Positions 39,094 to 53,297 of a DNA stretch of 64,000 nt are shown here, one piece after another. Position 1 is the stretch's first letter. The number at the start of each line of letters is the position of its first letter. The notes beneath the pieces were generated by a model. The model ran no database searches, was not told the origin of the DNA, and was given only the letters and a program-made list of their open reading frames with translations. The stretch is from Octopus bimaculoides. Its lineage: Eukaryota. The stretch spans positions 23,351,821 to 23,415,820 of the forward strand of contig NC_068995.1 of the NCBI RefSeq assembly GCF_001194135.2, in the 5' to 3' direction. The position numbers and the translations under genes were made by a program.

Positions 39094-40997
39094 AAGAATT
39101 GGCAGTAAAATTAAAGTAAAATCCCTCAATTCCCTGTGCAACATACTGTCATTCTTCTTCAGATACGAGCAAATGAATGTTATGGATATGTGTAAAGAAT
39201 TTTCAGAAGTAAATTTTACTCGACATTTGTATGTTCTCAGAATCTGTAAGCTTAAACTTGTCCTTTAGATATTATGAAGCAATAACATATATGGTGAAGC
39301 ATAAGGTCGATTGAGTAACCAATGTCCTATTGATAAATCATTATGTAATCAATTACAGCTCCAGAAGTATACACATGATTAACACAAATTCCCCTTCACA
39401 ACCAGAATGATATAATATGAGAAAGATGGACCTTTGGGACATAGGTAGTAACCAATGAAGGAGAGAAAGAGATAAAGAGAGACAGAGACCTGCGAGACGG
39501 GGAGGGAGAGAGAGATAAAGAATAAGAAATACGACACTAATAGAACGATGAAAGACAATGTTAGCGTCGAATGTGACCTGATTTAAACATTAGCGATTCA
39601 GATAGAATCTTCCATTATATATTTTGTCCATTTCTGCTCTCGTATCTAACAGACTAGTGCTGATTAAGTGTACTTTTGCCTCCGTGCTATTCTATCCATT
39701 ATATTCAGTTTCTTTTACAAGATGTAGGTATGCAGTTTACTAATGCTGTTTTCTTCTTTAAGTTAATATAAAAGGAATTGTGATTTGGCCGCTTTTTCTA
39801 GAAGGTCAGGCCATGACTAACAAGCTCTATCCTTTTCACTGTCTTGTGCAGGTGATGAAGTATACTTGTAGAAATATGATTCATTTTTATGTAATATGTC
39901 CATATGCTTCAGGATAATTTCATGAATATTTTACTGTAAAATAAACACATATTCGTCCATGTATGTCACACTCTGTCGTTATTCTAAATTTGATTTTGAA
40001 ATTTCATTCTTTATATCTCACTTCAGGCACTTGCCTAAATATAGTAATGTTTTTTATGCGTTTCCTCTGCGTCAAATTTCGATTGACTCCTTTACAGCAA
40101 AAATGATTTGTCATTTATGTTTATATGTATATTAATGTATATCGGCTTTGGTAGTGGATCATTTACAATGTATTTTCTGTGGAATGTAAGATGTTCTTTA
40201 TAAGATTGTCAGCGCATTCCACACATTGAACATCATGAAGTTGCCATGGGTGAGAAGCTAAGACTTTAATACTTAGTGAACGGTACAATTTCTCATGGCT
40301 CATAAGTATCAAAATTAATAAATAAAAAGAAAGGAAGAAAACACAGGCGATAAAATATGTATTTGCGAAAAGATACGCTTCAACAGTGTTCAACTCCAAT
40401 TCTGAGATGCATTCATCCAAGTTGTTAGGATTAAGCACATCCCAATAAAAAATGTCATCTCAAGAAAAATGGAAATATAAAAATTTGAAAGCATTAAGCA
40501 TTTTTTTTACATTCGTGAATCGAAAAGCAGCAGAATTTAGAAAAGAAATATTTCTAAACTGAACTGAAGCAATAAATAGAAATTGCGAAATCATTTTCTT
40601 AATTTTGTAATTGCCTTTTCAATAGGAGGTATCTGAATCGTCACTACCATTGACCGAATAACATTTAAGCAATGCATTTTAAAACGCAAATTCTTTTGTA
40701 TTTGTGCATTATAAAAAAATGTATATATCTTATTAAATATGATTCACTGCTCAGAAAATTATAAAACTGAGCATTGGAGCATAATGTCACATTAAAAGTT
40801 CAAGTCTGAAAACGAATAAGTTGCGAGGAAAAAATCTTTCGAAAGAAAGTAATATTCGAAAAGGGATTACAAATCAAAAATTAGATAAATCAATGTGATA
40901 TAAAGAAATAATATTAACAAATATTATAGCAAGAAATTCAGCTTTCTCACATATGCATATTTGCAATAGCCTGCGCTTATTCGTGTATAATGTACGA

Positions 40998-41036
<39 letters not shown>

Positions 41037-41664
41037 TGTGTGTATATATATACACACACATGCACGTAAATATACTTATATATNNNNNNNNNNAAGATTT
41101 CTTATATTCACATATGTATATAGGTATGTATATATATACATATGTACATGTATATACATATATGCACACATGCAAACACCCAGAAACTCATACATGTATG
41201 TACATATGTATGTACATATGCATGTACGTATGTGCGTACGTATGTATGTATGTATGTTGTCTGTGTCGATATGCGTAGAATTCTTTCCTCTGCTGTTTAT
41301 ACGAATATATATGAATATAACTTTATCAAGGTTTCGGTTTCATTGTCATTTATAAATATCAAATGGAAATTAATTTCGAAATGTAAAAATAAGAAAGAAA
41401 CAATGTATGATACGTAAATATATAAAAATATAACTCACCAATTATCAGTGAAAGATGAATGGATTGAAGCTGCTAATACACAATAAATCATATAGATGTG
41501 TATTGCAATGTTATTTGATACAAAGCACGTGTTATGAAAAATTTCGATAAAAATACACATAAAACTAGATTTTAATAACATCGTTTGAAGTTATGCTTCA
41601 CTATGAACACAAAGAAGCATTATCGTCTCTCTTTCTGTTGTCATTATGTTCTATGTGTACACTA

Positions 41665-41700
<36 letters not shown>

Positions 41701-41748
41701 ACATATACTTAGACACGCACAAATATATACACACATATAGCCATATAT

Positions 41749-41781
<33 letters not shown>

Positions 41782-42609
41782 NNNNNNNNNNNNNNNNNNN
41801 NNNNNNNNNNNNNNNNNNNNNNNNNNNNNNNNNNNNNNNNNNNNNNNNNNNNNNNNNNNNNNNNNNNNNNNNNNNNNNNNNNNNNNNNNNNNNNNNNNNN
41901 NNNNNNNNNNNNNNNNNNNNNNNNNNNNNNNNNNNNNNNNNNNNNNNNNNNNNNNNNNNNNNNNNNNNNNNNNNNNNNNNNNNNNNNNNNNNNNNNNNNN
42001 NNNNNNNNNNNNNNNNNNNNNNNNNNNNNNNNNNNNNNNNNNNNNNNNNNNNNNNNNNNNNNNNNNNNNNNNNNNNNNNNNNNNNNNNNNNNNNNNNNNN
42101 NNNNNNNNNNNNNNNNNNNNNNNNNNNNNNNNNNNNNNNNNNNNNNNNNNNNNNNNNNNNNNNNNNNNNNNNNNNNNNNNNNNNNNNNNNNNNNNNNNNN
42201 NNNNNNNNNNNNNNNNNNNNNNNNNNNNNNNNNNNNNNNNNNNNNNNNNNNNNNNNNNNNNNNNNNNNNNNNNNNNNNNNNNNNNNNNNNNNNNNNNNNN
42301 NNNNNNNNNNNNNNNNNNNNNNNNNNNNNNNNNNNNNNNNNNNNNNNNNNNNNNNNNNNNNNNNNNNNNNNNNNNNNNNNNNNNNNNNNNNNNNNNNNNN
42401 CAGACATACATACATACAATGAAGCTCATATACATGCCCATATCTACCGCATGAATGTGTGCACTCAAACCCTCAAACTTACAAGAACGACCTCATACAC
42501 ATAAATACATATACGCATGCATGTGTGTCTTTATCTATATACGTCTGTGTGCGTGTGTTTGTATATATATATATGTTTGTGTGTGTATATATTTGTATAT
42601 ATATGTATT

Positions 42610-42650
<41 letters not shown>

Positions 42651-42859
42651 TTTATTACATTAGTATGGTATTTTTGTCCAGTACAGTTACTAATTGAATC
42701 AAAAGGACTCAATACTGTTAACTAGGCTTTGAGCAATATTTATTTAATATGACGCCTAACCATTCCTACAGACTCAGCTTCGAATACACACACATATACA
42801 GACACATACACATACATACACACAGTTGCACACATAGCATACATGTACACCCACAATTA

Positions 42860-42904
<45 letters not shown>

Positions 42905-45054
42905 CAGCACTCAAACACTATCTCTTAACCACATGCATGTGCTTGTGTTCTAATGTATTTATGTATACGCAGGTAATCTTATGCGTGTATCTTTTTGCTG
43001 AAACATGTACATATAACAACGCACGGGACAATATTCATAACATTAAGTTGCCTTCTATCATCACAACTCCTCTATGCCAATGACGATATGGTATAGTAAT
43101 TGTGATTCAATGAATTCTGAAACTTGAAAGAGTTTTTCTGTAGAGATCTCTACAATGAAATGCAGATCCTTCAGACTAATAGTTCTGTTATTTTGTACGG
43201 TGTGAATACCATTATGCTGACTGAAAATGAAATATGTTGAATGCAGTATATGTATATATATATNNNNNNNNNNNNNNNNNNNNNNNNNNNNNNNNNNNNN
43301 NNNNNNNNNNNNNNNNNNNNNNNNNNNNNNNNNNNNNNNNNNNNNNNNNNNATATATTTATATACATGCATATTTGTGTGCGTCTATGTGTATATATAAT
43401 ATACATACACATATATATATATATATATATGTGTATGTATGTGTATGCGTTTATATGTGCACAGACTGAGAGGTAGCGAGAGATAGGTAGAAAGAGAGGG
43501 GGAGAGTGAGAGAGGACGGGAAGGAGAGTGAAATATAGTTAGATGAATGGATGGCTTAATGGGGAGATAGGTATACTGTCTGCGTTATAAGAATTTCGAA
43601 AACACGAAGGTTTGTGACACATCCTTTTTAACAGTGGCACTAGAACTAGTTTAGTGTATAAATAATACTATGTAAAACATTTGTTTATAATAACTGTTAA
43701 TGGAAAATATCGGAGGTTACCAATGGAATATGAACCAGATTTTCAGTAAAAATGTCTGATCTTCTAACATTATACCAAAGCAACTTTTCGTATGTTCCCC
43801 ATTCATTTTAGATGTTTTGTTCTTATCGCCAACAACTGTATAGTTTTTAACTAATAAAGCTTTAAAAAATTCGGTAGAATGAAATAAGCTTTTGTGCACG
43901 AGGAACTTGAAGTATATAAAGCCATGAAAATTAGCACGTAAAATACTGGTTACAGACTTCGACTCTTTTTCACCCCAGAACATCTTTATACATTCAAAAC
44001 ATCGTAATTGATTTTTGAAACAGTAGTACAGGCATGGTGGAAGTCAGAAGATGATCTTTATTTATGATAATTTCACGTTAATGTCAGCTTTAAATACAGG
44101 GATACTTTTTATGTGTTGTTTTCCTGATATTAAAAGTTATGTTCAGCATTAATCGGCTCTAATTCGGTTTTGGTTTCTTATTGAAAATATGAACTATTAA
44201 TATTTTGCCTTTCGTAATTGTTTATTTCTTTAATAGTAAGACACGCAGACATTCTTCGGAATGGAAAAAGTTAAGAGGAGCTATTTAAGAAGGAAAGGAT
44301 GATTTGCATTTTTGTAGCATTCATAGCTTAACTTCAAATATTCTTGACGTTCGTCTACATTCGTTTCCTCGCGTCTCCGTCGATGTTGTCTTTTTCATGT
44401 TTTCATATTTTCTCGCAGTTCCTCTCTGACTCGTGCTCTATATATGCGCATCCCTTCTCGGGCAGCTTGCAACCGTGTTTCTCGTGGATCCAGAGTTTAG
44501 GCTAAATTAACCCTTATAAACAAATATCAATTATTTAAGTGATAAGTCGATAAAGAATTAGGCTTATGCGTATGCGATGGTCGCTATAAAAATAGTTGAA
44601 TAAAAAATACTTTTCACTATCAACACACCAACACCATCGTTATCTGCATCTGTCTGTCTCTCTCCTTTTCTCTCTTTCTCCCTCTTTCTCACACTATCCC
44701 TCTTTCACACACAATATAACTCCCTCCCCTGTCCATCTCTCTCTATCTACCCTTCCCTTCAGCTAACTTCCGAACCACGTAATAAATATTCCTTCTCAAC
44801 CTACTACACTTCATTAGTACTTCTCTTTCCCTCTTTTTCTCTCGTTGTCTTTTTCTCTCGTTCTTCGAATCTACCTTCAGCTGACCACGTGACCATTTGA
44901 CCTAAGCATTTTAATATTAATCACTTTTCTCTATTTCTTCCTCTCTTCTTTCTTCACTCTTCCCCCTCACTCTCTCACTCACTCTTACTTCAACTCTCAC
45001 TCATTCCACCTCCATTTCTCTAACTAATGTATAACGGGCGAACGAATAAGCATA

Positions 45055-45415
45055 TTTTCATTCATTTTTCATTTTATCTAGTTTCAGCTTATGAGCTGTG
45101 GCCATGCTGGGGCACCGCCACTTGGTGTTGCTACACAATTTTACTTCACGAATTTTACTTCAGGAGTTGACATTTGGTGCATGAGAGAGTTTGATGCAGC
45201 TGCTCTCATCTGCACCTTCTGCCGTGAAGTTGGTTCATCTGGGATACCTGACAGGAAGAGGTCCAGCCTCATCTTGAAGAAACCTACATCCACCGCATGC
45301 AGGTCTCTCAGGTCTTTCGGGAGGATATTGAAGAGCTGTGGACCTCTGAAGCCCAGGCTATTGCAGTATCTTGTCCTACATCTTGATGGCAAATTTGGAG
45401 TCCTTGGCATTATTA
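45055..45415 (-). mobile_element. CR1-like LINE 3' end including 3' UTR tail
   Basis: ORF 45141-45410 NSLGFRGPQLFNILPKDLRDLHAVDVGFFKMRLDLFLSGIPDEP...RAAASNSLMHQ is a CR1-group C-terminus; the tail ggcggtgccccagcatggccacag...ctgaaac follows the stop. Confidence 0.85.
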
Positions 45416-46537
45416 TTATCTAGATTTTGAAAAAAGAGGGCAATCTGAATGTTTGTCCCGCACACATCCCGATTTCTTTGCCACTTGGAACATTTATAAT
45501 AGACGGATCCTTTAAGTTTCCTCTTAGACTAATTGTTTTCTCGTTGAGTTGCAGACATATAAAACATCAAACTGGAGTTATCGTCTTCCAAGTTGTATTC
45601 GCTTGAACACTTTCCTCTTGAAATTTCAAATTTTAATATATTCATTCAACTCACACTTTCAGCAGTAAAGGTCTCTACGTTTTGTACTCGCAAAATTTCT
45701 TTCTAATGTGAATCGCGCCTTTGCTGAGATTCTTTAGTATCTGGTGATCGTCCGCAACTGTTAAAAATTTGTCTCACTAATAGATTTACTTACGTTTCAT
45801 GAGAGGTGCAGAAATAGCTTGCACTGTTTCGTGTAATGTAAGATGTAGCATTTGAGACTACAAATGTTATATTTCTGCTTGTACTTCCTTATTGTTAAAG
45901 TTTCTTTAAAAATCAGATATATAGGACTACATCACTATGCTTACGGCAGTATTTTAAAATCTTGCAGATAATTTTGTGTGGATAGGAATAAATTTAATTC
46001 TTATAGATATCTTTCTTTCTCGATATAATCTGTAGCACTTGCTGATATAAGCTTTACAATATGCAATGGTTTATTCTTTTTATTATAAGACTGGCAAAGT
46101 CTCCATTGTAAGTACTGGTCTGTATTCTTCTCTTTGCAGTGGAAATAAGTCGCGGTAATTTTATTTCTTTACTATGATTCGTGAATGTCATTGATTGATA
46201 TATGAAATCTTATAACATTTTAATTATTCCTGAACCAACATATGTAAGAATCAACAAGGTGTATTTCCCAGTTGCTTTAAAATGATTTTTAAATCTGTGA
46301 TAATTAAGAATCACAGGCTGGACAGACTTTTTATTTCAAATATTTGGTGCAAAAATAAATCAATAAATTACAGGAATGTAATTAGAATTTTTTTTTTTAA
46401 ATGCATTTAGGTTTTTCTTTTGTTTGTATGTGGTCAGTTTGAAAACGTTATACTCTTTGCATTGAGCAAATAATGTTACATCAGGGATTTAATATTCAAT
46501 GTTGTTCATTGTATTATATAATAAATAAATATTGCAT

Positions 46538-46650
46538 TCAGTAATTCTTACATTATTTACATAATTTACAATTGACGGATATTTGTCCTAATCTTGTTTA
46601 TTGTTAACACAACGTTTCGGCTGATATACCCTCCAGCCTTCATCAGTAAT
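46538..46650 (-). ncRNA. Second hammerhead family: 5'-truncated repeat tail carrying a minimal type-I hammerhead core
   Basis: Minus strand CTGATGA(46646-40) a-ggctg-gagggtatat-cagcc GAAA(46618-15) c-GTT|gtgttaac, with an AACGTT palindrome. Flanked by the direct repeat tcagtaat (46538-45 and 46643-50). Confidence 0.7.
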
Positions 46651-48847
46651 GCTTGTTCGGTAATGCCTTACTAAAGTTTGATCTGTAAGATATTTTGTGT
46701 CATGTAGTAAAATTCGTTTGAAAAGTTAATCGGACGATTTTATACTTGTAAAATTAGTAAAGTTATGTTTTTACTGAAATAAGTACTTCATCCGATTTGG
46801 CATCGGAGCTAAAGACATTAATGTACCGTTTATGTATTGGTGTTACTGGTTGCAATTTGGAGCATGTATATGCACAATTGATGCCTAACAGAAAAGTGTT
46901 ATGCTTTCATCATAGATCCTGAACCTCTGTCGCTCACTTTTATTTGTCCTTACACAGAGCCAGTTGAGTTCGGATAAATTGCCATCTGCATTGATTATTT
47001 AAGAGATACGATGGCAAATATTTTTTAATACTACATCGAATTAAGTTTTTAAGAACTTTGAAAATGACAATGTCGAATGTGGAAATGTCAGGTATCTAAT
47101 TTATGTTTGGAAGAAAATACAGAGATTTGTTCCACATAATATGACACATTGCCGTAGTTTTAGATAAAATAGTAAGGATCGACATTGACACTTAATAGGG
47201 AAGCAAATATGATATATATTTAAATTCGGACAGAATTATGAGTAGCACAAAGCAAATAAACGCACAAGAAAATAACCAACCACTTGATGTATAGAAAATT
47301 AGAAAAAAACCCACTGTTCGTCGGTAAAGTTTTCCATCGTTTGAAAACAATAGTAGCAATATAAAAAAAATGACTGCCATACTACTCGATAAACCCTAAG
47401 TATTTGACTGATATTTCAAACACAAGTAGAACTTTATATTGGTAAATTTGTATAGTATTTCTATCGAAATATTCATCTGCAACTTGAAATTCTGCTTCGA
47501 TATTTGAGAGGAGAACATGTGAATTGTGAGGTGCGACCAACGATGCAGCTGTGTAGAAATAAGACTGAGTGAAGTACTACGTCTTAACTCTGTGAGTAAT
47601 AATTGTGTAAGAGACGTGCAAAATCGTTATGTAGGTAGACCACAGAATGGCGCACGCGATAATCACTTATATAGGTGTGTTTTCTTGTACTCGAAAATAT
47701 GATACACTTAAGGAATGAGGGTGCCAATTTGGCTACCACTCGGTGGAGGCATAGTCTACGATATATCACAACCATCAGAAGAGCAAGAGTTGACGTATAT
47801 GATAAGCATTAAAAGGTATTGATGTGCATGTGAGCTTATAGTTGCATGTCTGTGATATCGTGATTTAAATTCGTTTGAGAAAGCACTCTATTATTTGCAA
47901 CAAGAAAGACGGTTACGAACGCTATTCCAACAAAGAAAAAAGGAGACTCATTTCTAGAATAGTCGTAGCAGAATATCTGGTGAAGTTTCTGAATGCAGAT
48001 ACATCAACTGTACCAATTTTATGAACGCTACTGCTATTAGTTTTAGAAGAAAAAAACACTGAGGCTACTGAAATGGATTTGCGTCTGTAAACAAATCAAG
48101 TAATGTTTTACTTAACAGAGATCAGATTTCAAACAGAATGAAATTGCTTACATGTAATTATTTGGAAATCATATTATTTATGACATACCCAGTTCATACA
48201 AATAGATACTTAATCAGTTAAGATGCGCATGAATTGTAAGTATTTTTCTATGTTCTAAGGTTCATGGTGATAAAATATAATGTAGGATATTATATCGTTT
48301 CTTATTAATTATCCTTTGCACAAAATTCTGCTCATGATAAATACTTGCGTTCTTCGTAAAAAATATGTTTAGCTGTTCTTGATAGACTTTTACTGATTAA
48401 ATCTCATAATGAGCACGACAGCAGTTTGAAGATTGACATTTGGCTTATTACAGTAATAGACATTAAGATCCAAAACACTTTTATTAGTACTGGCAAGAGA
48501 AACGTGTTTAATAAACACATACACTCTTAGTCTGCATAATTTACCAGCAAATTCTTGCAGAATTTACTATTTCAATACACCTATCCCTTCCTCCGTGAAA
48601 GATAAAAACAGATTCATATACAGATAAATTTTCGGGAATATATGTTCCTAACATTTTAATCCCTCACTCAGATCATACAGCGTATTTTATGCATAACAGT
48701 ATCATTATCGCAGAACAACGATTATATATGAAATTTGTTGATCAGCAAATTTTCGGTGTTGGTACTAATCACAGTAACAATGAAAAGTTGTCCTGAAATT
48801 TAAAAGCATTGTTCTAATTATATACGGACAAACAGACTATGGTATAT

Positions 48848-49043
48848 CGGTTTCACATTTTGGCATAAGGCCAATACTGTCGGATGAGGGGGTGAATCGA
48901 TTAAATCAACCCCAGTTCTTACCTGGAACTTATTCTATCGACCCCGAAAGAATGAAAGGTAAGGTGGACCTCCGTAGAATTTAAACCCAGAATGAAATTT
49001 CATTTTGCCCGGCATGCTAATGATTCTGTTAGTTCGCCGCTTT
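48848..49043 (-). mobile_element. SINE family A
   Basis: atcgaccccgaaagaatgaaagg...ttttgcccggcatgctaatgattctg. Confidence 0.85.
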
Positions 49044-50087
49044 AGGTTATGGAATATATTGACAATTGAAATGTGAGGGTACAATCATTGAAGGTTATAG
49101 GTTATCGTAATTTTAATTTCTCTTTAATATCTTTTTAACTTTTAATCTATAGCAAAGTATTAAAAGAAACATTAATCGAATAATGTCTTTTACACCCGAG
49201 CATTTCAAGTGTCTCTCTGCAAATTCTGCCCAATTGAGAAATTCTAGTTTTAATCTATTTTATACAATAAATAATATTTCACAGATTACTCCAGAGAGTG
49301 TAAAATATTCAGTGTGTAATCTTATGAAAATTATACTATGTTTCTAATATACGGTAACAATCATTGATTCAGGACTATTAAATTATTTCACTGAAATAAT
49401 TCAGAAATATTTTATGTTGAAAAGAAATCAGCGAAGAAAATGAAATATTGCAGCATTTACTTTTAGAAAGATTCAATATTTCAGAAACATATTGGATATT
49501 TGTCTTAATTGTAAGAATGCTAGTAAGAAATAGAAGAGAGAACAATATTTCAAGCAATATATGAGTTGACAATACGATATTTATTATAATGAATTATGTG
49601 TATTGCGAAAGTAGAAATGAACCATAGTCTAATGCCAAATGTCAATTATTCATTGATCAGTATTGTATTATTCTTGAATAACCCTTTAAAATGTGTAATT
49701 TTATTGATTAGCTATTGGTATTATGTAAACATAAAGTAGACTATTACAATATCACTAATTGCAAGAACGCGACGGAGAAAAATGTCTCAAGGAGAATTGC
49801 AGACATTTTGTATTCAATGTTTTTTCTCGATGCAGTGTTAATAGGTTATGACATACTACACGATTATACTATAGAATGTAAAACACATCTGTTATTGATG
49901 ATATTTAGTTTTTTTTATATGACAGATTACAGGAAAATAAACTTCTTACTAAAAGTTGATTCTTGTGACTCTGACAAATTGGGTAACTTCAGCAAGTGTG
50001 TTGTCTCGATAGGAAATACGATAGCATAAGCTTTGGTGCTCTATTTAAATTAACCATCTTATAAAAATTACATAGACACACACGCAC

Positions 50088-50126
<39 letters not shown>

Positions 50127-51134
50127 TACATATATAATGTACATNNNNNNNNNNNNNNNNNNNNNNNNNNNNNNNNNNNNNNNNNNNNNNNNNNNNNNNN
50201 NNNNNNNNNNNNNNNNNNNNNNNNNNNNNNNNNNNNNNNNNNNNNNNNNNNNNNNNNNNNNNNNNNNNNNNNNNNNNNNNNNNNNNNNNNNNNNNNNNNN
50301 NNNNNNNNNNNNNNNNNNNNNNNNNNNNNNNNNNNNNNNNNNNNNNNNNNNNNNNNNNNNNNNNNNNNNNNNNNNNNNNNNNNNNNNNNNNNNNNNNNNN
50401 NNNNNNNNNNNNNNNNNNNNNNNNNNNNNNNNNNNNNNNNNNNNNNNNNNNNNNNNNNNNNNNNNNNNNNNNNNNNNNNNNNNNNNNNNNNNNNNNNNNN
50501 NNNNNNNNNNNNNNNNNNNNNNNNNNNNNNNNNNNNNNNNNNNNNNNNNNNNNNNNNNNNNNNNNNNNNNNNNNNNNNNNNNNNNNNNNNNNNNNNNNNN
50601 NNNNNNNNNNNNNNNNNNNNNNNNNNNNNNNNNNNNNNNNNNNNNNNNNNNNNNNNNNNNNNNNNNNNNNNNNNNNNNNNNNNNNNNNNNNNNNNNNNNN
50701 NNNNNNNNNNNNNNNNNNNNNNNNNNNNNNNNNNNNNNNNNNNNNNNNNNNNNNNNNNNNNNNNNNNNNNNNNNNNNNNNNNNNNNNNNNNNNNNNNNNN
50801 NNNNNNNNNNNNNNNNNNNNNNNNNNNNNNNNNNNNNNNNNNNNNNNNNNNNNNNNNNNNNNNNNNNNNNNNNNNNNNNNNNNNNNNNNNNNNNNNNNNN
50901 NNNNNNNNNNNNNNNNNNNNNNNNNNNNNNNNNNNNNNNNNNNNNNNNTATGCATATATATCTAAATACATATACATATACAGCGTTATTCAAGAAGAAA
51001 TAGCAGATTTTATATTTATTTTGAAAACAAACGGTAAGAGTCACAAATACATTCTACATATTTCTTGATAGGGAAGGTTTAAAGTTTATTTTAAGCTGGT
51101 AGGCACTCAACATGAATACCTTGAGTACCATGAT

Positions 51135-51310
51135 CACCGGTGCTTTTTCCGTTACAAATGCAACCTTTTTCCTGTGAAATTTCTTTGCCATTCGTAAATT
51201 TGCTTGTGACGAGATGAATGTTTATTGAATTGGCGACGTTGCACTTGCACAATTGATACGCATTTCTCAACCTGCAGCACACAAAAAGACTTTCTTTGTG
51301 GTGCCGCCGT
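51135..51310 (-). mobile_element. Tc1/mariner-superfamily transposase N-terminal HTH remnant (DUF4817-like)
   Basis: (T)AAPQRKSFCVLQVEKCVSIVQVQRRQFNKHSSRHKQIYEWQRNFT / EKGCICNGKSTG matches the MATPQQK.FCVL...S...VQR.F...P....I..W...F.E.GC.C.GKSTGRP pattern; the start codon has decayed to ACG. Confidence 0.7.
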
Positions 51311-51764
51311 TTTCTAAGGGATTACACAAATGATAATTATACAACATTAAAAAATATGAACAAAATGAAACATTAAAACAAAATTAAAATATTATTCTAT
51401 TTAAAGCTTGATTCAATTGATCATGTTCAGCTATAAACTTTAAACCTCCCCCCTATCAAGAAATATGTAGAATGTGTTTGTGTTTCTTACCGTCTGTTTT
51501 GAAAATAAATTTGAATTCTGCTCTTTCTTTTGAATAACCTTATATATATATACGCACACACACGTCAAATGCAATGTCCATAATTGCTTCGTCTCGAAAA
51601 GAAGTGTAACTTATTTTATGTTCTCACATAAGAAGTTGTATATTCCATTATTTTCTTTACTTTCATTATTAATCCTAGCAATCGAAATTCTAGAATTATC
51701 TACTTTATCATTCCTCGAATTTGTAGAACTTTGAGTAATGTAGAGTGTAGGCCAAAGATTTCGA

Positions 51765-51804
51765 CGATACTGATGAGACCGATAAAAAACGAAACCAGCT
51801 ATCG
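51765..51804 (+). ncRNA. Decayed minimal hammerhead motif
   Basis: cgata CTGATGA gaccgataaaaaac GAAA c-ca-g-c tatcg: stem I cgata/tatcg is intact, stem II is disrupted, and the U of GUC is missing. Confidence 0.4.
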
Positions 51805-52014
51805 CTTTCTCGATACCATTTGCCGAAGTTCATGTAATCTATTCACACATCAAACTTCAAAGCGATACTAAATTTTTTTTTTTTTCTTTTTTAATGTACA
51901 CATTTTTTACAATGAACAGCAATATCATCACCTAAAAGTATCAGATTTGTATGAGACCGTAATAAACTGCTAAATGTAATAGCGGTGTGGACCTGTTTTC
52001 CACTTTCTGTCAAG

Positions 52015-52130
52015 CCTTTGGCTGAGAGATGCAAGCAAGTGTACCTGATGGGTATTCTGAAGTGTATACTGATTTTTTTCCAGTAGACGTGGCAGTACTA
52101 TCGTTTCAAGAGACAGGCTTCTACTCTGCA
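52015..52130 (+). mobile_element. Possible LINE AP-endonuclease N-terminal remnant (Tx1-like)
   Basis: LRDASKCT ... VDVAVLSFQETGF resembles NVRGLRD..K...DVA.LQET; contains frameshifts. Confidence 0.3.
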
Positions 52131-53264
52131 AGGGAACAAAATCTACTATCGTTTTGCAATCATAGAATCATGGGTGGAAAGACCTGACATTTCTAACCAA
52201 CTGAAGAACACCAAATACCAGGACTTCATTCATGACGCTCAAGCCAAAGGACAGCACTCAGTCTCAAACTTTCCCAGCCACATTCGTATGCTGTTTCTTT
52301 GCAGTATGATATTTAGAAAGCCACAACTGAAGTAATCTTGTCAGCTGAACTGATCCCAAGCTGGGTCAGACAGGGGACCGTGGATGTCACACTTATGCAG
52401 GGGAAGGATAAACTGAAATGATGCTGTCTCATTTAGGTCAAGCATACAGGCTAAGGGGCGGAGAATTTGTGACGCTGACATATATATTGAATATACCGAA
52501 GCTTTACCAGCTTTGTGATAGCCGCACTTAGTATCCAAAGAAGTGTTTGTAGTATCTTTAAGTAATTCCTGCATGGGGCAAAGCATCACTGTTAAGTTTC
52601 CGACTTAGAGTAATCTCAAGTACTAGCGATATAGTATTTTCCTTCAGAGTTATCTCCTTTCAAACATATCGATGTGAGTACAAAAATGTGCATATTAATC
52701 ATAATGGGCTCAGATATTGTCGCTAACATTGACTCTAATGAATTATCTGATACGAAGCAGCTTTGTAAAGTGAATTTTGCATTATGTTAGACGGAAATGT
52801 ATATTGATAAAATAGAATTAAGATGACTTTTGCATTATGTGAATTTGCTTGAGTTAAATTTTAATTGAGAATTAAAGGCAGCATGATGTCAATTACCTGA
52901 ACACGTGGTCAGATCTCACTTAAATACGAGATAAGGTAGAAGATTTAAAATATTTCGACTCTCATGAGCATAGACTGTGACCTTTCAAACGTATTATAAT
53001 TTCTTCGTTTTAGACAAATGTTGTTACTAGGTGCTGAGCATCGTCTGCCAAAAACCTGCAAAAGGAGTTGTTTATGACCTGTTTAATAACAATGTTCATT
53101 TTCACGTGTACGTAAGAGCCAGACATAATATCGTGTAACGTTAATTAATATTACCATTAATACCTTTTCATATAGATATATAGTAATGCAAAGACAAGTA
53201 TATGTATATCGATATATGTGTCCCTGTTTCTGCTCTTTCAGTGTGTATATACCTACACATGTGC

Positions 53265-53297
<33 letters not shown>

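Noticed and set aside
49715-50029. 104-aa plus-strand ORF, and similar short ORFs at 2061, 7131, 24894, 26116 and 43717
   Set aside because: No recognisable domain, no convincing paired splice sites, and lengths compatible with chance.
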